From contig CAWGVG010000003.1 of assembly GCA_963825865.1 (NCBI GenBank), positions 1 through 64,000 on the forward strand: 64,000 nt of DNA. The letters run 5' to 3'. This stretch comes from an uncultured Nitrososphaeraceae archaeon (GTDB taxonomy: Archaea > Thermoproteota > Nitrososphaeria > Nitrososphaerales > Nitrososphaeraceae). A program made the position numbers and the translations under genes. This document shows positions 10,294 through 20,697 of this stretch, in pieces. Numbering within the stretch: position 1 is the stretch's first letter; every line of letters starts with the position of its first letter. A model generated the notes under the pieces. That model was not told the DNA's origin, made no database searches, and saw nothing but the letters and a program-made list of their open reading frames with translations.

Positions 10294-10436
10294 AGTTATT
10301 TATGTATGGTTTATTTCCTTTTATTCAGTTACTCTTTAGAAAATAAGAAGCCATTTTTATCAGTAAATACACAATGCAAAACACAAACCTGAAGAAAAAG
10401 AGCAAGCACAAAAATAGCCTGGTGCTTTTGCATAAA

Positions 10437-10529
10437 CCAAAATGACTTATTTCGCAATCTTTCAAAAAGGCTGGATTGTCGTTGTGCAGTTTCTAATGTA
10501 ACTCTTTTCTTGAGATCTTTGAATGTCAC
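10437..10529 (-). pseudogene. N-terminal stub of a terminase-like ATPase gene from an integrated element
   Basis: MTFKDLKKRV...LFERLRNKSFW resembles, from memory, the N-terminus of terminase-large-subunit-like proteins in Nitrososphaeraceae. Similarity stops abruptly. Confidence 0.4.
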
Positions 10530-10601
10530 TTACGTAATAGTATGATGGCACAACTAATCTTTAGCTTTTTATCAAATACTTTGTTTCTTAATTGAAATTT
10601 A

Positions 10602-11021
10602 TCAGGTAAGTTTTGCTCCAACTATTTCTGAATTTATGAAGTTCTGAAAATCAGGATTAAACCATTTGTCTGATTCTATTTGTTTCCATGTTTCTTTGAT
10701 GGTTCCCCTTCGAAAAATATGTCTCATCCATTGTAACCAACCTGTCCATTCATTATCATCAAGTACTTTTCTTTTACGCATCGCATATGCATGAGAACAT
10801 ATCCACAGTATATAAAATGAGTATGCTCCCTCTTGTGATAGCTTTACTTCATCATCTATCACTCTTTGTATCGACGGATACCTCTAGTCTGCGTATCAAT
10901 TGACAGACTCTGTATTTGCTTCTTTGAGAAAAAAAAGCGTCAATACCATTGTTCCTACTATTCCAATTGTTTGTGCTATACTTAGCATGTCAGAAAATCC
11001 TATTACAATACCTTCAACCAT
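10602..11021 (-). pseudogene. Single-TM membrane protein with internal deletion/frameshift
   Basis: MVEGIVIGFSDMLSIAQTIGIVGTMVLTLFFS..., then in another frame YSFYILWICSHAYAMRKRKVLDDNEWTGWLQW. Confidence 0.55.
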
Positions 11022-11807
11022 TAAGCAGGATCGTAAAAATGTTAATAATAAGCATTAGCGACGTAGCGAATATTATATTACTATACATACATCATAATCA
11101 TCAAACTCTTTGAGAAAACGTGATTAGTTGTTGCTGATGCTGTTTCTCCAGTTTCTATCCTTGTTACTATCCTCAATGATGATAGCAACAACAGTATAGC
11201 ATCGGTATCCTATAGTATAGCTCTTATAGCAAGTTTTTCTAAGCCAATATAGCAAAACCGCTAAGAATGTCTTTGCAAGAATTAGCTTTATCCACTCAAA
11301 CTTATGAGCTATCTTTTAAACTGATATAGACTAAGAATTTTTTTCAGACAATACAACGAGATTATGCTACTACATGCAATACACAAAGATGAGTATGGTT
11401 GGTCTATCTAAGCCTAAAGTGAAAGGTGCATACATCATTTAAAAAAGAAAAGACATCGAAGGCGCTAAGCTTACGGTTTGACTTAAAGATCCCTCGTGTG
11501 CAACCGGCTATATTATACTCAAAAACGTTCTTCCTACTGCGATTCTACGACGCAGGTGACTATGAAGGTATCTAAATCCGACACCCGAAAAACGTTCACC
11601 CGGTTCGTATGTTAACACATAACAATGCTGTTTATAATCAGTTACACCAGCTGTCAACATCTGTTTACAGTTTAAGCTTATATGTCACAGTTGTATAGGC
11701 AACGAAAAAATATTGCCCTTTAGACACACACAATGTCTCTCAATTACCATAAATGGGATATATTTGTATTTAATAACGTATATATGCAATACACGCGCGT
11801 GAGTGCC

Positions 11808-12945
11808 ATGAGTACAACAGGGCTTTATCCTCATGTAAGGTTTATTGACTTTAGCTGGGGAGTACAAAATCTAGAATACTTCCAGGGTAGCTGGAAACAA
11901 TATCCTCTAACCGAAAGTCATGTCGCTAGCAATAACTAGTCCATACGTATGCCAGCTTTGATCCAGAAAGGCTTGATCATGTCATCTTCATTGGCATGAG
12001 CGGACATGTAAGCGAAGTGGATTTCGGAACGGGAATGGATTTCGGAGTCATAAATGATCTAACCAAACTTGCCGGTTCGAGTCACTGATGGCTGCAGCAG
12101 AAAGCCCAGTCAATGGGTACTGGGACACCCTGTACCGTCATCATGTGAACTACATCGATAGCGACGGACATGTACACGAACTGTACAAAACTCCCACGAT
12201 TAGCTGGAAGGATAATGATCTAACCAAACTTGCCGGTTCGAGTACTGACGGCGGAGCAGGAAGCCCACTCGATGGGTACTGGGACACCCTCAGCCGTCAG
12301 CATGTGAACTACATCGATAGCGAACGACATGTACACGAACTGTACAATACTCCCACGAGTAGCTGGAAGGATAATGATCTAACCAAACTTGCCGGTTCGA
12401 GTGCGACTGACGGCCAGCAGGAAGCCCACTCGATGGGTACTGGGACACCCTCAGCGCTCAGCATGTGAACTACATCGATAGCGACGGACATGTACACGAA
12501 CTGTACAATACTCCCACGATTAGCTGGAAGGATAATGATCTAACCAAACTTGCCGGTTCGAGTCCTACGGCCGCAGCATGGGAGTATTATAGAAGCCCAC
12601 TCAATGGGTACTGGGACCTCCTCAGCGCTCAGCATGTGAACTACATCGATAGCGACGGACATGTACACGAACTGTACAATACTCCCACGATTAGCTGGAA
12701 GGATAATGATCTAACCAAACTTGCCGGTTCGAGTACCTACGGCCGCACAAACGAGCACACTCGGTGGGTTCGCGTTAGATGATGGTCGCAGCCAGCATGT
12801 CTACTACTTTGAGCAAGGGGGACATGTACACGAACTGTATAATAGTAGTGGTAGCTGGAAGGATAAGGATATAAGTAATGGTATAACCCCCACAGCACGA
12901 AGCCCACTAGCTGGGATACCGAGTCCGTTCTATAGAAAAAATTAG
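11808..12945 (+). CDS. Seven-repeat beta-propeller protein, fucose-lectin-like (AAL/PLL type), split by several frameshifts
   Basis: Blades HVRFIDFSWGV, HVIFIGMSGHVSEV, four copies of HVNYIDSxxHVHELY..SWKDNDLT, and HVYYFEQGGHVHELY..SWKDKD. Ends with SPLAG. Pieces lie in ORFs 11733, 12088, 12465 and 12721. Confidence 0.7.
12053..12733 (+). repeat. Intragenic tandem repeat, about four near-identical 159-171 bp units
   Basis: AATGATCTAACCAAACTTGCCGGTTCGAGT recurs at 12053, 12214, 12373, 12534 and 12705, with near-identical sequence in between. Confidence 0.95.
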
Positions 12946-13292
12946 ACGGTAAAATATCCATGCTTGTAGGTATGGATCTACTCGGATAGCTCGCTATTAA
13001 TGGGGCTCAGATAGTTACCTAAACTAAGATTATATAACTCCTATGAGTATTGTTTAATTGTAGGAAGAGGCGATAGCGGTAACTACTAACGGAAATCCTT
13101 TAAGACAGTCAATGGTCAACTTATATTGTTTATACCTATGGTCTCAATAACCATTATAACTCAAGCATTTTAAGCTCTTTATCTTGTGACCACAAGAACG
13201 TTCTTTAAAATAATAATAATAAGAGGTTAAACAGAATAGATGTTATCTTAACAAACACACTCTGAGCCAATCATATTCTGTATTATTTATGA

Positions 13293-13693
13293 TTAATGCA
13301 TTTTAAACAACCCAACGCCCTCAACCATGACGAACCTTGACCAGAATCCATTATTCGTGGCTGCGCCAACTCCGCCCAGCATCACGATCGCCGCGGCATC
13401 GAAACCATCAGCTCGCAACTGGGCGCCAAGTGCTCCTTCTAATATATCTGGCGGCACATCTTGCTGGTCGACGACGGCCATTTGCTGCACGGCAGCATCG
13501 AGATCCGCCCGTCCAGAAGACATTTTCTGAATATAAGTACGAGAGATCGGTTTGCGCCAGTCATCGGATCTGGGTCAAATAGGACCCTTCGCAAAATTTC
13601 ATTAGGCCAGTCTGCCGGAATCAGGTCAGGCGGATGCGCGTTCTGCCGGAACAGAGGAATGAGAGCGAGTTTCTTTCTTCCAATCCAGTTCAT
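13293..13693 (-). pseudogene. GC-rich, bacterial-looking gene fragment (possibly a metallopeptidase N-terminus)
   Basis: Abrupt GC increase. Two frames join into MNWIGRKKLALIPLFRQNAHPPDLIPADWPNEILRRVLFDPD...SSGRADLDAAV...FDAAAIVMLGG...WSRFVMVEGVG, then the sequence is truncated. Confidence 0.45.
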
Positions 13694-13809
13694 GAATTGC
13701 TTATTTCTTCCTATATCTCAAAATAGTGGTGTGTATACACTTTCTCTGTGTGATCCTCAGGGCTTGCTCATTAGCGTATTTATTAATACGTTCACCATTA
13801 CTGAATGTC

Positions 13810-13855
13810 AGCTCAAGGATGAAATTGAACCAAGCTCAAGGATGAAATTGAACCA
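13810..13855. repeat. Perfect 23-bp tandem duplication
   Basis: AGCTCAAGGATGAAATTGAACCA occurs twice in tandem. Confidence 0.9.
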
Positions 13856-13902
13856 CCAAGTATCATTATCACTCGGATGAATTATAAGAAGATTATAAGT
13901 GG

Positions 13903-14062
13903 AGATCTGGCTTTGGACTACAACCGTCACTTTCATACGAGTATGGTTCGCGCAATGGATCGCTTGGCTTTGGATGGAAGCTTTCTGTCCCTTTTGTCAC
14001 CAGTAAGGCTGATAAGGATGCCTAAATACCAGGATGATGACAAATCTGATGTCTTTGTTTTG
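13903..14062 (+). pseudogene. SpvB/TcaC (Tc toxin B subunit) N-terminal domain fragment
   Basis: RSGFGLQPSLSYEYGSRNGSLGFGWKLSVPFVTSKADK, then after a frameshift PKYQDDDKSDVFVL. Matches the SpvB-domain pattern RSGFGPxLSLSYxSGxGNGPFGxGWxLS.P.I.RKTDKGLPxY...SDVF. Confidence 0.75.
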
Positions 14063-14514
14063 ACTTATCAAGGATATTTATAACATATAGTTGGCTATAG
14101 ATACTGAATATATTCAGCTAAAGTAGCCAACTGGGCCTAAATCTTGTGTCAAATTTGATTCACACACCCTTGGGCCCACATTTTGTACTTCTTGTCTGCA
14201 GTAACACCATAAAAATATATGGCGTGGAGGTTCTAACAACAATTTCTGAGGTGGTGAACATTCTGATGGATACTGTGCTGGATACAAAATCGGCTATGGT
14301 GCTGGAAACATCTTACAGGGAACGTTACACGATAGGCCTTAAATGAAGAACAAAACAGTATGCTCACCGGCCACCATCATGGGTACCAAATAGTCCCCAC
14401 CAGCATTGAAGTCACTGCTATTAAAGGTAGTGTCGAGGAATATCGATTTGCTTGGCGCCAAAGAAAATACATCGTGCCCGTATCCTATCGTCATGACTAT
14501 GCTCTCTCCAACTA

Positions 14515-14884
14515 CTAACGTGTGTGACCTCTAGGTTCGTGTAATATTAATGTGGCAGTATAATCACCTAAAACTTCAATCACAAAATCAAAGTCATCTA
14601 ATTTCTTGAGAATGTCAAGTGTTAATCTCGTGTGTACCGCTATCATATATTGCTGGAAGAAAGTCAGTAGTTTTCCATATATGATTTTTACACCATTGTG
14701 AACCACTACCTTTCTTGGTAAATACCTCAACCATGTAAAAAGGCGCACGTTCAGACTTCTCTTGTTCGCGTATTAGTAGGTCATGAAGGAGCACAGGATC
14801 TACTTTTGGAAAGTATGTGTGATATAATGTCTCTAATCCTTGGAAGACATTTCTTATTTCTCGCAATTCGGTGGTCGTCCTCAT
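14515..14884 (-). pseudogene. Conserved thaumarchaeal hypothetical protein, frameshifted; paralogue of 33709-34080
   Basis: KVDPVLLHDLL...FYMVEVFTK...PAIYDSGTH, then RLTLDILKKLDDFDFVIEVLGDY. Aligns with KVDPLLIVDLL..IYTLEVFIK..PAFYDGGTH..DILKMIND. Confidence 0.7.
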
Positions 14885-15096
14885 TTACTACTATACACCG
14901 TCTCTTCCTTGACGACGACGACTTGGACTTGTTTGCGGTGCCATCAAGACAGTTTTAATTTCTTTGAACATGCAAGGTTTCAAATTCTTGTCTTTGATTC
15001 TGCAGGCGGTAAAGTGCCACACACGTTATATTGTATTCTTTATTTATTATACTATTATATTTTGCATTTTGTAAATATGATGTTGTTAAGCAACAT

Positions 15097-15981
15097 TTAG
15101 ACGCCTTTATCCCTGGTTACAATTTTTTCTACAAAAAATTCTCCTGCTCTATAAGAACTTCTAACAAGTGGGCCGGAAGCTACATAAACAAACCCCATTA
15201 GCTCTGCAATTTTCCTAAGCCAATTAAATTTTTCTGGTGTGATATATTCGACAACTGGCAAATACTTAGGATTCGGTTGAAGATATTGACCTATAGTTAA
15301 TATATTTACTCCGGCTGATCTCAGATCCTTTATTGTCTGAATAATTTCTTCTTCATTTTCTCCAAGACCAAGCATCATGGAAGACTTCGTATAAATCATT
15401 GAATCGATATTCTTAATTTTCTTTAGGACTAGGAGAGATTGTTCATATGAAGCTCTAGCATCTCTAACTTTAGGCGTAAGTCTAATTACGGTTTCTATGT
15501 TGTGACTTATAACTCTCGGTTTAGATTCAACTACCTTTTTTATCGAATCCTCATTTCCTCTGAAGTCAGGGATTAGCGATTCTACTATTATTTTTGGGCA
15601 CAGAACTTTTATGGCTTTGATTGTTTTAGATATGTGTTCTGCTCCTCCATCCTTTAAGTCATCTCTACAAACGGAAGTGATTACCACATATCTTAATCCC
15701 CATTCTTTAATTGCCTTGGCCACTCTTTCGGGCTCATCTGCATCAAGTAAAACTGGTTTACCGCTATTGATAGCACAAAATCTACATCCTCTACTGCATA
15801 TGTTTCCCATGATCATAATTGTGGCTGTTCCTGTTCCCCAGCACTCTGATATGTTAGGACATCTTGCTTCTTCACAAACGGTATGAAGGTCTAGTGACTT
15901 AAGTGATTGTTTAACCTTTGTATAATTTTCTCCTGATGGTGCTCTTACTCTAAGCCACACTGGTTTTCTTATTAGTTCCAT
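15097..15981 (-). CDS. lipA: Lipoyl synthase
   Basis: RKPVWL, CEEARCPNISEC (auxiliary cluster), CSRGCRFC (radical SAM) and PLVRSSY. Confidence 0.97.
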   Translation of the reverse strand: MELIRKPVWLRVRAPSGENYTKVKQSLKSLDLHTVCEEARCPNISECWGTGTATIMIMGNICSRGCRFCAINSGKPVLLDADEPERVAKAIKEWGLRYVVITSVCRDDLKDGGAEHISKTIKAIKVLCPKIIVESLIPDFRGNEDSIKKVVESKPRVISHNIETVIRLTPKVRDARASYEQSLLVLKKIKNIDSMIYTKSSMMLGLGENEEEIIQTIKDLRSAGVNILTIGQYLQPNPKYLPVVEYITPEKFNWLRKIAELMGFVYVASGPLVRSSYRAGEFFVEKIVTRDKGV

Positions 15982-16068
15982 TTCTACACACTTTTGTAAT
16001 CAATCAACATTCATAATAATAAGAGTTAAACACATCAATTGTTAATTATTTAGCTGGCTTACATATAC

Positions 16069-17133
16069 ATGAAAACGCCTTTTTATGACATTCACAGGTC
16101 GTTTGGAGCAAAAATGCTGAGCTTTCATGGATGGGAAATGCCTCTACAATATTCTGGAATAATTGACGAGCATATCAACACTAGAACAAATGTTGGTTTA
16201 TTTGATGTTTCACACATGGGTCGTTTTGAAGTTAAAGGCTTCGATGCCTATGATTGTATACAAACATTAGTAACTAATGATATTTCTAAATTAAACAATC
16301 ATCAGGCATTATATTCTCCTATATGTCATAATAATGGAGGAATAATAGATGATTTAATCATATACAGGATTAACAGGGAGAAATTTCTTGTTGTGGTTAA
16401 TGCTTCAAATAGGGAAAGGGATCTAGGGTGGATTGTTAAGCATTCGAAGTCAGCTGTTGTTGAAAATATTAGTGATAAAATTGCTCTTCTGGCACTGCAG
16501 GGTCCTATTGCACAAAAAGTCCTTGAGAAAACAATAGTTGGTGTAAATTTGGATCAATTAAAACCCTTTGATATTACTATTACAAATATTTTTGGAATAG
16601 AATGCATGATATCAAGGACTGGTTATACAGGAGAAGATGGTTTTGAGATATTCTTTGATTCTTCAAAAATAGATATTTGGAATAAGCTCATACAGTTAGG
16701 TTCCAGATTTAATATTAAACCGACTGGCTTGGGTGCCAGAGATACACTCCGATTAGAGGCTGGTTTAATGCTTTATGGAAATGACATAAATGAAAATACT
16801 ACTCCATTAGAGGTTCCACTTAAGTGGACGGTAAAATTTGAGAAGAAAGAGTTCATTGGAAAGGAAGCATTGTTAACTCAGCGGATAAATAGAAAGCTTG
16901 TAGGGTTTGAGGTTCTAGAAAAAAGGATAGCTAGACACGGAAATGAAGTATTAATGGATGGGGAGAAGGTGGGTTTTGTAACGAGCGGAAGTTTTTCACC
17001 GACTATAAAAAAGTCTATTGGTTTTTGCTTTGTTCCTATACATGTTTCACCCAACCAATTAATTGAAATTAATATTGGTGGTAAATTGTATAAAGCAAAA
17101 GTTAGTAGCACACGCTTCTATAGGCGAAAATAA
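16069..17133 (+). CDS. gcvT: Glycine cleavage T protein (aminomethyltransferase)
   Basis: GWEMPLQYSG, LFDVSHMG, GGIIDDL, SRTGYTGEDGFE and GLGARDTLRLEAG. Confidence 0.97.
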   Translation: MKTPFYDIHRSFGAKMLSFHGWEMPLQYSGIIDEHINTRTNVGLFDVSHMGRFEVKGFDAYDCIQTLVTNDISKLNNHQALYSPICHNNGGIIDDLIIYRINREKFLVVVNASNRERDLGWIVKHSKSAVVENISDKIALLALQGPIAQKVLEKTIVGVNLDQLKPFDITITNIFGIECMISRTGYTGEDGFEIFFDSSKIDIWNKLIQLGSRFNIKPTGLGARDTLRLEAGLMLYGNDINENTTPLEVPLKWTVKFEKKEFIGKEALLTQRINRKLVGFEVLEKRIARHGNEVLMDGEKVGFVTSGSFSPTIKKSIGFCFVPIHVSPNQLIEINIGGKLYKAKVSSTRFYRRK

Positions 17134-17165
17134 GATTTTTTATAGAATACTGAAAATAGATCTAT

Positions 17166-17555
17166 GTGGTCGAGGAGATAAGATTTACAAAAGAGCACGA
17201 GTGGATTATAATAAAGGAAGGACTGGTTGTCATGGGAATTTCAGATTTTGCTCAAAGACAACTAGGAGATATAGTTTCGATAGAATTGCCAAGGATCGGT
17301 AGTAGATTTAGATACATGCAAGCAATGGCTATAATTGATTCAGTAAAGGCTTCTTCTGATATATATTGTGCCTTGAGTGGGGAAGTTGTCGAGGTCAACG
17401 AGGAGTTACTTGAGCATCCCGAATGGATAAACCAATCTCCGTATGAATTGGGTTGGATTGTAAAAATGAAACCATCGAATATGGAGGAGGAACTTAACAG
17501 TTTGATGACAAATGAGCAATATAACAAGTTCATTGGCGAAATGGAAAAAGAATGA
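17166..17555 (+). CDS. gcvH: Glycine cleavage H protein
   Basis: FTKEHEW, GISDFAQRQLGDI, lipoyl-Lys motif DSVKASSDI, and NQSPYELGW. Confidence 0.97.
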   Translation: MVEEIRFTKEHEWIIIKEGLVVMGISDFAQRQLGDIVSIELPRIGSRFRYMQAMAIIDSVKASSDIYCALSGEVVEVNEELLEHPEWINQSPYELGWIVKMKPSNMEEELNSLMTNEQYNKFIGEMEKE

Positions 17556-17575
17556 GAAGATGAAAGACAAGGTAG

Positions 17576-18859
17576 ATGTTAATTATTATGAATTACATAC
17601 CTACAACTAAAAACGATAGAGAAGAGATGTTAAAGCAAATTGGGGTAAGATCGATAAATGATTTAACCGTGGATTTCAAGCCACTTTTTAATGAGAAACT
17701 GGATCTCTCTGAGCCAATGAGCGAGCTTGAACTTGTAGGACATATGACGAATTTATCACAAAAGAATAAGATCATGAAATACTTTATTGGAGCTGGATCT
17801 TACAACCATTATATCCCATCTGCAGTAAACCATTTGTTAATGAGGGGAGAATTCCTTACAGGCTATACACCATATCAAGCAGAAATGAATCAAGGAACCC
17901 TACATGCTATGTACGAATTCCAATCGTTTATATGTCTACTTACAGGCATGGATGTGGCTAATGCTTCTATGTACGAAGGTTCATCTGCATTGGCAGAAGC
18001 AGTATTGCTCTCTTCATCTTATAATGGAAGGAATTGCGTTTTTGTAAAGAGTGGACTCAATCCTCAATATCTGGAAGTTCTAAAAACATATTGTGAAGGA
18101 GCAGATCTCAAACTATCAAATGAGATTGATGAGAATACAGCATGTGTGATTGCTCAGAACCCTGATTTCTACGGAAATTTTGAGAATTTACAGTATATAT
18201 CCGAACAGGCACACAGAGTAGGTGCGCTCTTTATTACTTGTGTTGTAGAGCCTACTTCTCTTGCAATACTAGAACCACCTGGAAATTATGGTGCAGATAT
18301 AGTAGTTGGTGAAGGACAGTCATTTGGTATTCCAGTAAATTTTGGAGGCCCATATCTTGGGTTTATGGGAGTCAAGGATTTTTTATTAAAGAAAATTCCC
18401 GGAAGAATTTGCGGCATGACTACAGACTCCAAAGGAAACAAAGGCTTTGTGCTAACATTTCAAGCTCGCGAACAACATATAAGAAGAGAAAGAGCTACAA
18501 GCAATATAACAACAAATGTGGCATTGATGGCTCTAGCTTCTACTATTTATTTGGCGCTTATGGGTAGGGATGGATTAATCAATGTTGCAAAACTTTCTTA
18601 CAGTAGAGCACACTTATTGCATGATAAATTGAGGAGCAGTGGCTTCAAACCTCTAAACAAAAAACCATTTTACAACGAGTTCATTATGAATGCACCTCAG
18701 GGATCCTCTGAAAACATTTCTTCAAACTTACTCAAAAATGGAATTCTTGGCGGTCTTAATTTAGATGAAGATAAAATATTAATTTGTTGTACTGAGATGA
18801 ATACAGTTCAAGACATAGAATCTTTTATTTCAGTAACAAAGGGGACAATAATAAAGTGA
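17576..18859 (+). CDS. gcvPA: Glycine dehydrogenase subunit 1 (true start probably ATG 17588)
   Basis: FIGAGSYNHYIP, YTPYQAE..QG, NASMYEG, FGGPYLG and QAREQHIRRERATSNI. Confidence 0.97.
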   Translation: MLIIMNYIPTTKNDREEMLKQIGVRSINDLTVDFKPLFNEKLDLSEPMSELELVGHMTNLSQKNKIMKYFIGAGSYNHYIPSAVNHLLMRGEFLTGYTPYQAEMNQGTLHAMYEFQSFICLLTGMDVANASMYEGSSALAEAVLLSSSYNGRNCVFVKSGLNPQYLEVLKTYCEGADLKLSNEIDENTACVIAQNPDFYGNFENLQYISEQAHRVGALFITCVVEPTSLAILEPPGNYGADIVVGEGQSFGIPVNFGGPYLGFMGVKDFLLKKIPGRICGMTTDSKGNKGFVLTFQAREQHIRRERATSNITTNVALMALASTIYLALMGRDGLINVAKLSYSRAHLLHDKLRSSGFKPLNKKPFYNEFIMNAPQGSSENISSNLLKNGILGGLNLDEDKILICCTEMNTVQDIESFISVTKGTIIK

Positions 18860-20313
18860 AGATGATATTCGAATACGAAGAACAAACTACAGGACATGTA
18901 TGTGATATTGATGATAAGGAAAAAGAAGGAGAAGATATTCTTACTGGACTGCCAAAAGATCTAATTCGAAAAGAACTTCCTCTTCCAAATGTGAGTGAGA
19001 TCAATGTTGTAAGACACTACACTAACATATCAAGAATGAATTTTGGCGTTGACCTTGGATTTTACCCACTAGGTTCCTGTACAATGAAGTACAATCCGAA
19101 GATAAATGAAGATATCGCAAGACTAGATGGATTTATGGATCTACATCCCCTTTCTCATGAAAGTTGTATTCAAGGATCATTGCAATTGATGTGGGAATTT
19201 GAGCAAGACCTGAAGAAAATTACAGGCATGGATGCTTTTTCATTGCAACCTGCAGCTGGAGCACAGGGCGAACTTTTAGGTATTATGATAACAAAGGCTT
19301 ACTATAAGCAAAAGAATGAAAAAAGAACGAAGATAATTATTCCTGATTCTGCCCATGGCACAAACCCTGCAACTGCAACCATGTGTAAGTTTGAAACTAT
19401 AACCATTCCCTCTGACTCCCGTGGCAATATGGATATTTACAAATTCAAAGAATTACTTAAACATGATGTGGCACTCGTTATGCTAACAAATCCTAATACT
19501 CTTGGAATTTTTGAAGAAAAGATTCTAGAGATTAGTGACCTTGCACATAGCAATGGGGCGTTGATGTATTGTGATGGTGCAAACATGAATGCACTATTGG
19601 GAATAACCAGGCCGAGGGACCAGGGATTTGATATGATTCACTTGAATTTGCACAAGAGCTTTTCAACTCCACATGGAGGCGGAGGACCTGGAGCAGGAAC
19701 TGTAGGAGTAAAGTCATTTTTGGAAGATTATTTGCCATTACCACGGGTAATAAAACAAGATAACAAGTTCGCCCTAGATTACACTAAACGAAAATCTGTA
19801 GGAAGGGTTAGATATTCTTATGGAAATTTTGGTATGCTGGTAAGAGCTTATTGTTATATCAAGTCATGGGGCACAAATATAAGAAAGGTATCAGAGCATG
19901 CGATTTTGAATGCCAATTACCTTCTCAGTTTGTTAAAGGATGACTACGAACTTCCATACGATCGTAGGTGTGCTCATGAATTTGTCTTATCTTCTAAGAA
20001 ATTTGGCGAAAAGAGCGCTTTAAATATTGCAAAGAGACTTTTGGATTATGGTTTTCATCCACCAACTATTTACTTTCCTCTGATTGTTCGAGAAGCATTA
20101 ATGATTGAGCCTACTGAAACAGAAAGCAAAGAAACATTGGATAGATTTGCATCAGCATTAAGAAGCATAGCAAGGGAGATAAAAGAAAACCCAGATATTG
20201 CCAAAGGAGCTCCATATACAAAATCAATTGGCAGGTTAGACGAGGTTGCAGCAGCACGAAAACCGAATTTAAGATGGACTACGTCTTCACAATCTGATGG
20301 AAAAAAACAGTGA
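18856..20313 (+). CDS. gcvPB: Glycine dehydrogenase subunit 2
   Basis: YPLGSCTMKYNP, QPAAGAQGE, SAHGTNPA, PLP-Lys motif HLNLHKSFSTPHGGGGPG, and MIEPTETE. Confidence 0.97.
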   Translation: MKMIFEYEEQTTGHVCDIDDKEKEGEDILTGLPKDLIRKELPLPNVSEINVVRHYTNISRMNFGVDLGFYPLGSCTMKYNPKINEDIARLDGFMDLHPLSHESCIQGSLQLMWEFEQDLKKITGMDAFSLQPAAGAQGELLGIMITKAYYKQKNEKRTKIIIPDSAHGTNPATATMCKFETITIPSDSRGNMDIYKFKELLKHDVALVMLTNPNTLGIFEEKILEISDLAHSNGALMYCDGANMNALLGITRPRDQGFDMIHLNLHKSFSTPHGGGGPGAGTVGVKSFLEDYLPLPRVIKQDNKFALDYTKRKSVGRVRYSYGNFGMLVRAYCYIKSWGTNIRKVSEHAILNANYLLSLLKDDYELPYDRRCAHEFVLSSKKFGEKSALNIAKRLLDYGFHPPTIYFPLIVREALMIEPTETESKETLDRFASALRSIAREIKENPDIAKGAPYTKSIGRLDEVAAARKPNLRWTTSSQSDGKKQ

Positions 20314-20373
20314 AGGAGGAGGATGAGGAGAAGATTTGTCTGTTGAAAAATCTGTGAGTAGTAGTAATGATCA

Positions 20374-20661
20374 ATGAGAAAGGTACATAATATATACAAA
20401 TCAAAAAAATTGATCAAGGTTTCGCTCGAATATGATGAGCATAGTAAAATAATTAACTCAATAACAATAACAGGAGATTTTTTTCTTTATCCTGAAGAAA
20501 GTTTGGACACACTTGAGGTCAATCTAATTGGCACAAAATTAGAGAAAGATTCTATTAAGCAAAAGGTCGAGAAATGCTTGAGTGGCTCTGAAGCATTTGG
20601 TTTTGATTCAGAATCTATGACAAATGCAATTCTTGGATGTTTAAATCCAGAACACGACTAG
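20374..20661 (+). CDS. Stand-alone lipoate-protein ligase C-terminal domain (LplB-like)
   Basis: KLIKVSL...ITITGDFFLYPEESLDTLE..LIG. Lies directly upstream of the ligase catalytic gene. Confidence 0.85.
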   Translation: MRKVHNIYKSKKLIKVSLEYDEHSKIINSITITGDFFLYPEESLDTLEVNLIGTKLEKDSIKQKVEKCLSGSEAFGFDSESMTNAILGCLNPEHD

Positions 20662-20697
20662 TAAGTAACAAGGAAAAACAAAAGGAAAAAAGAAACA

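Noticed and set aside
12053-12733. Regularly spaced repeats as a CRISPR array or DGR template/variable repeats
   Set aside because: Units are about 160 bp and almost fully conserved, encode propeller blades and have no unique spacers. No cas or reverse transcriptase gene is present.
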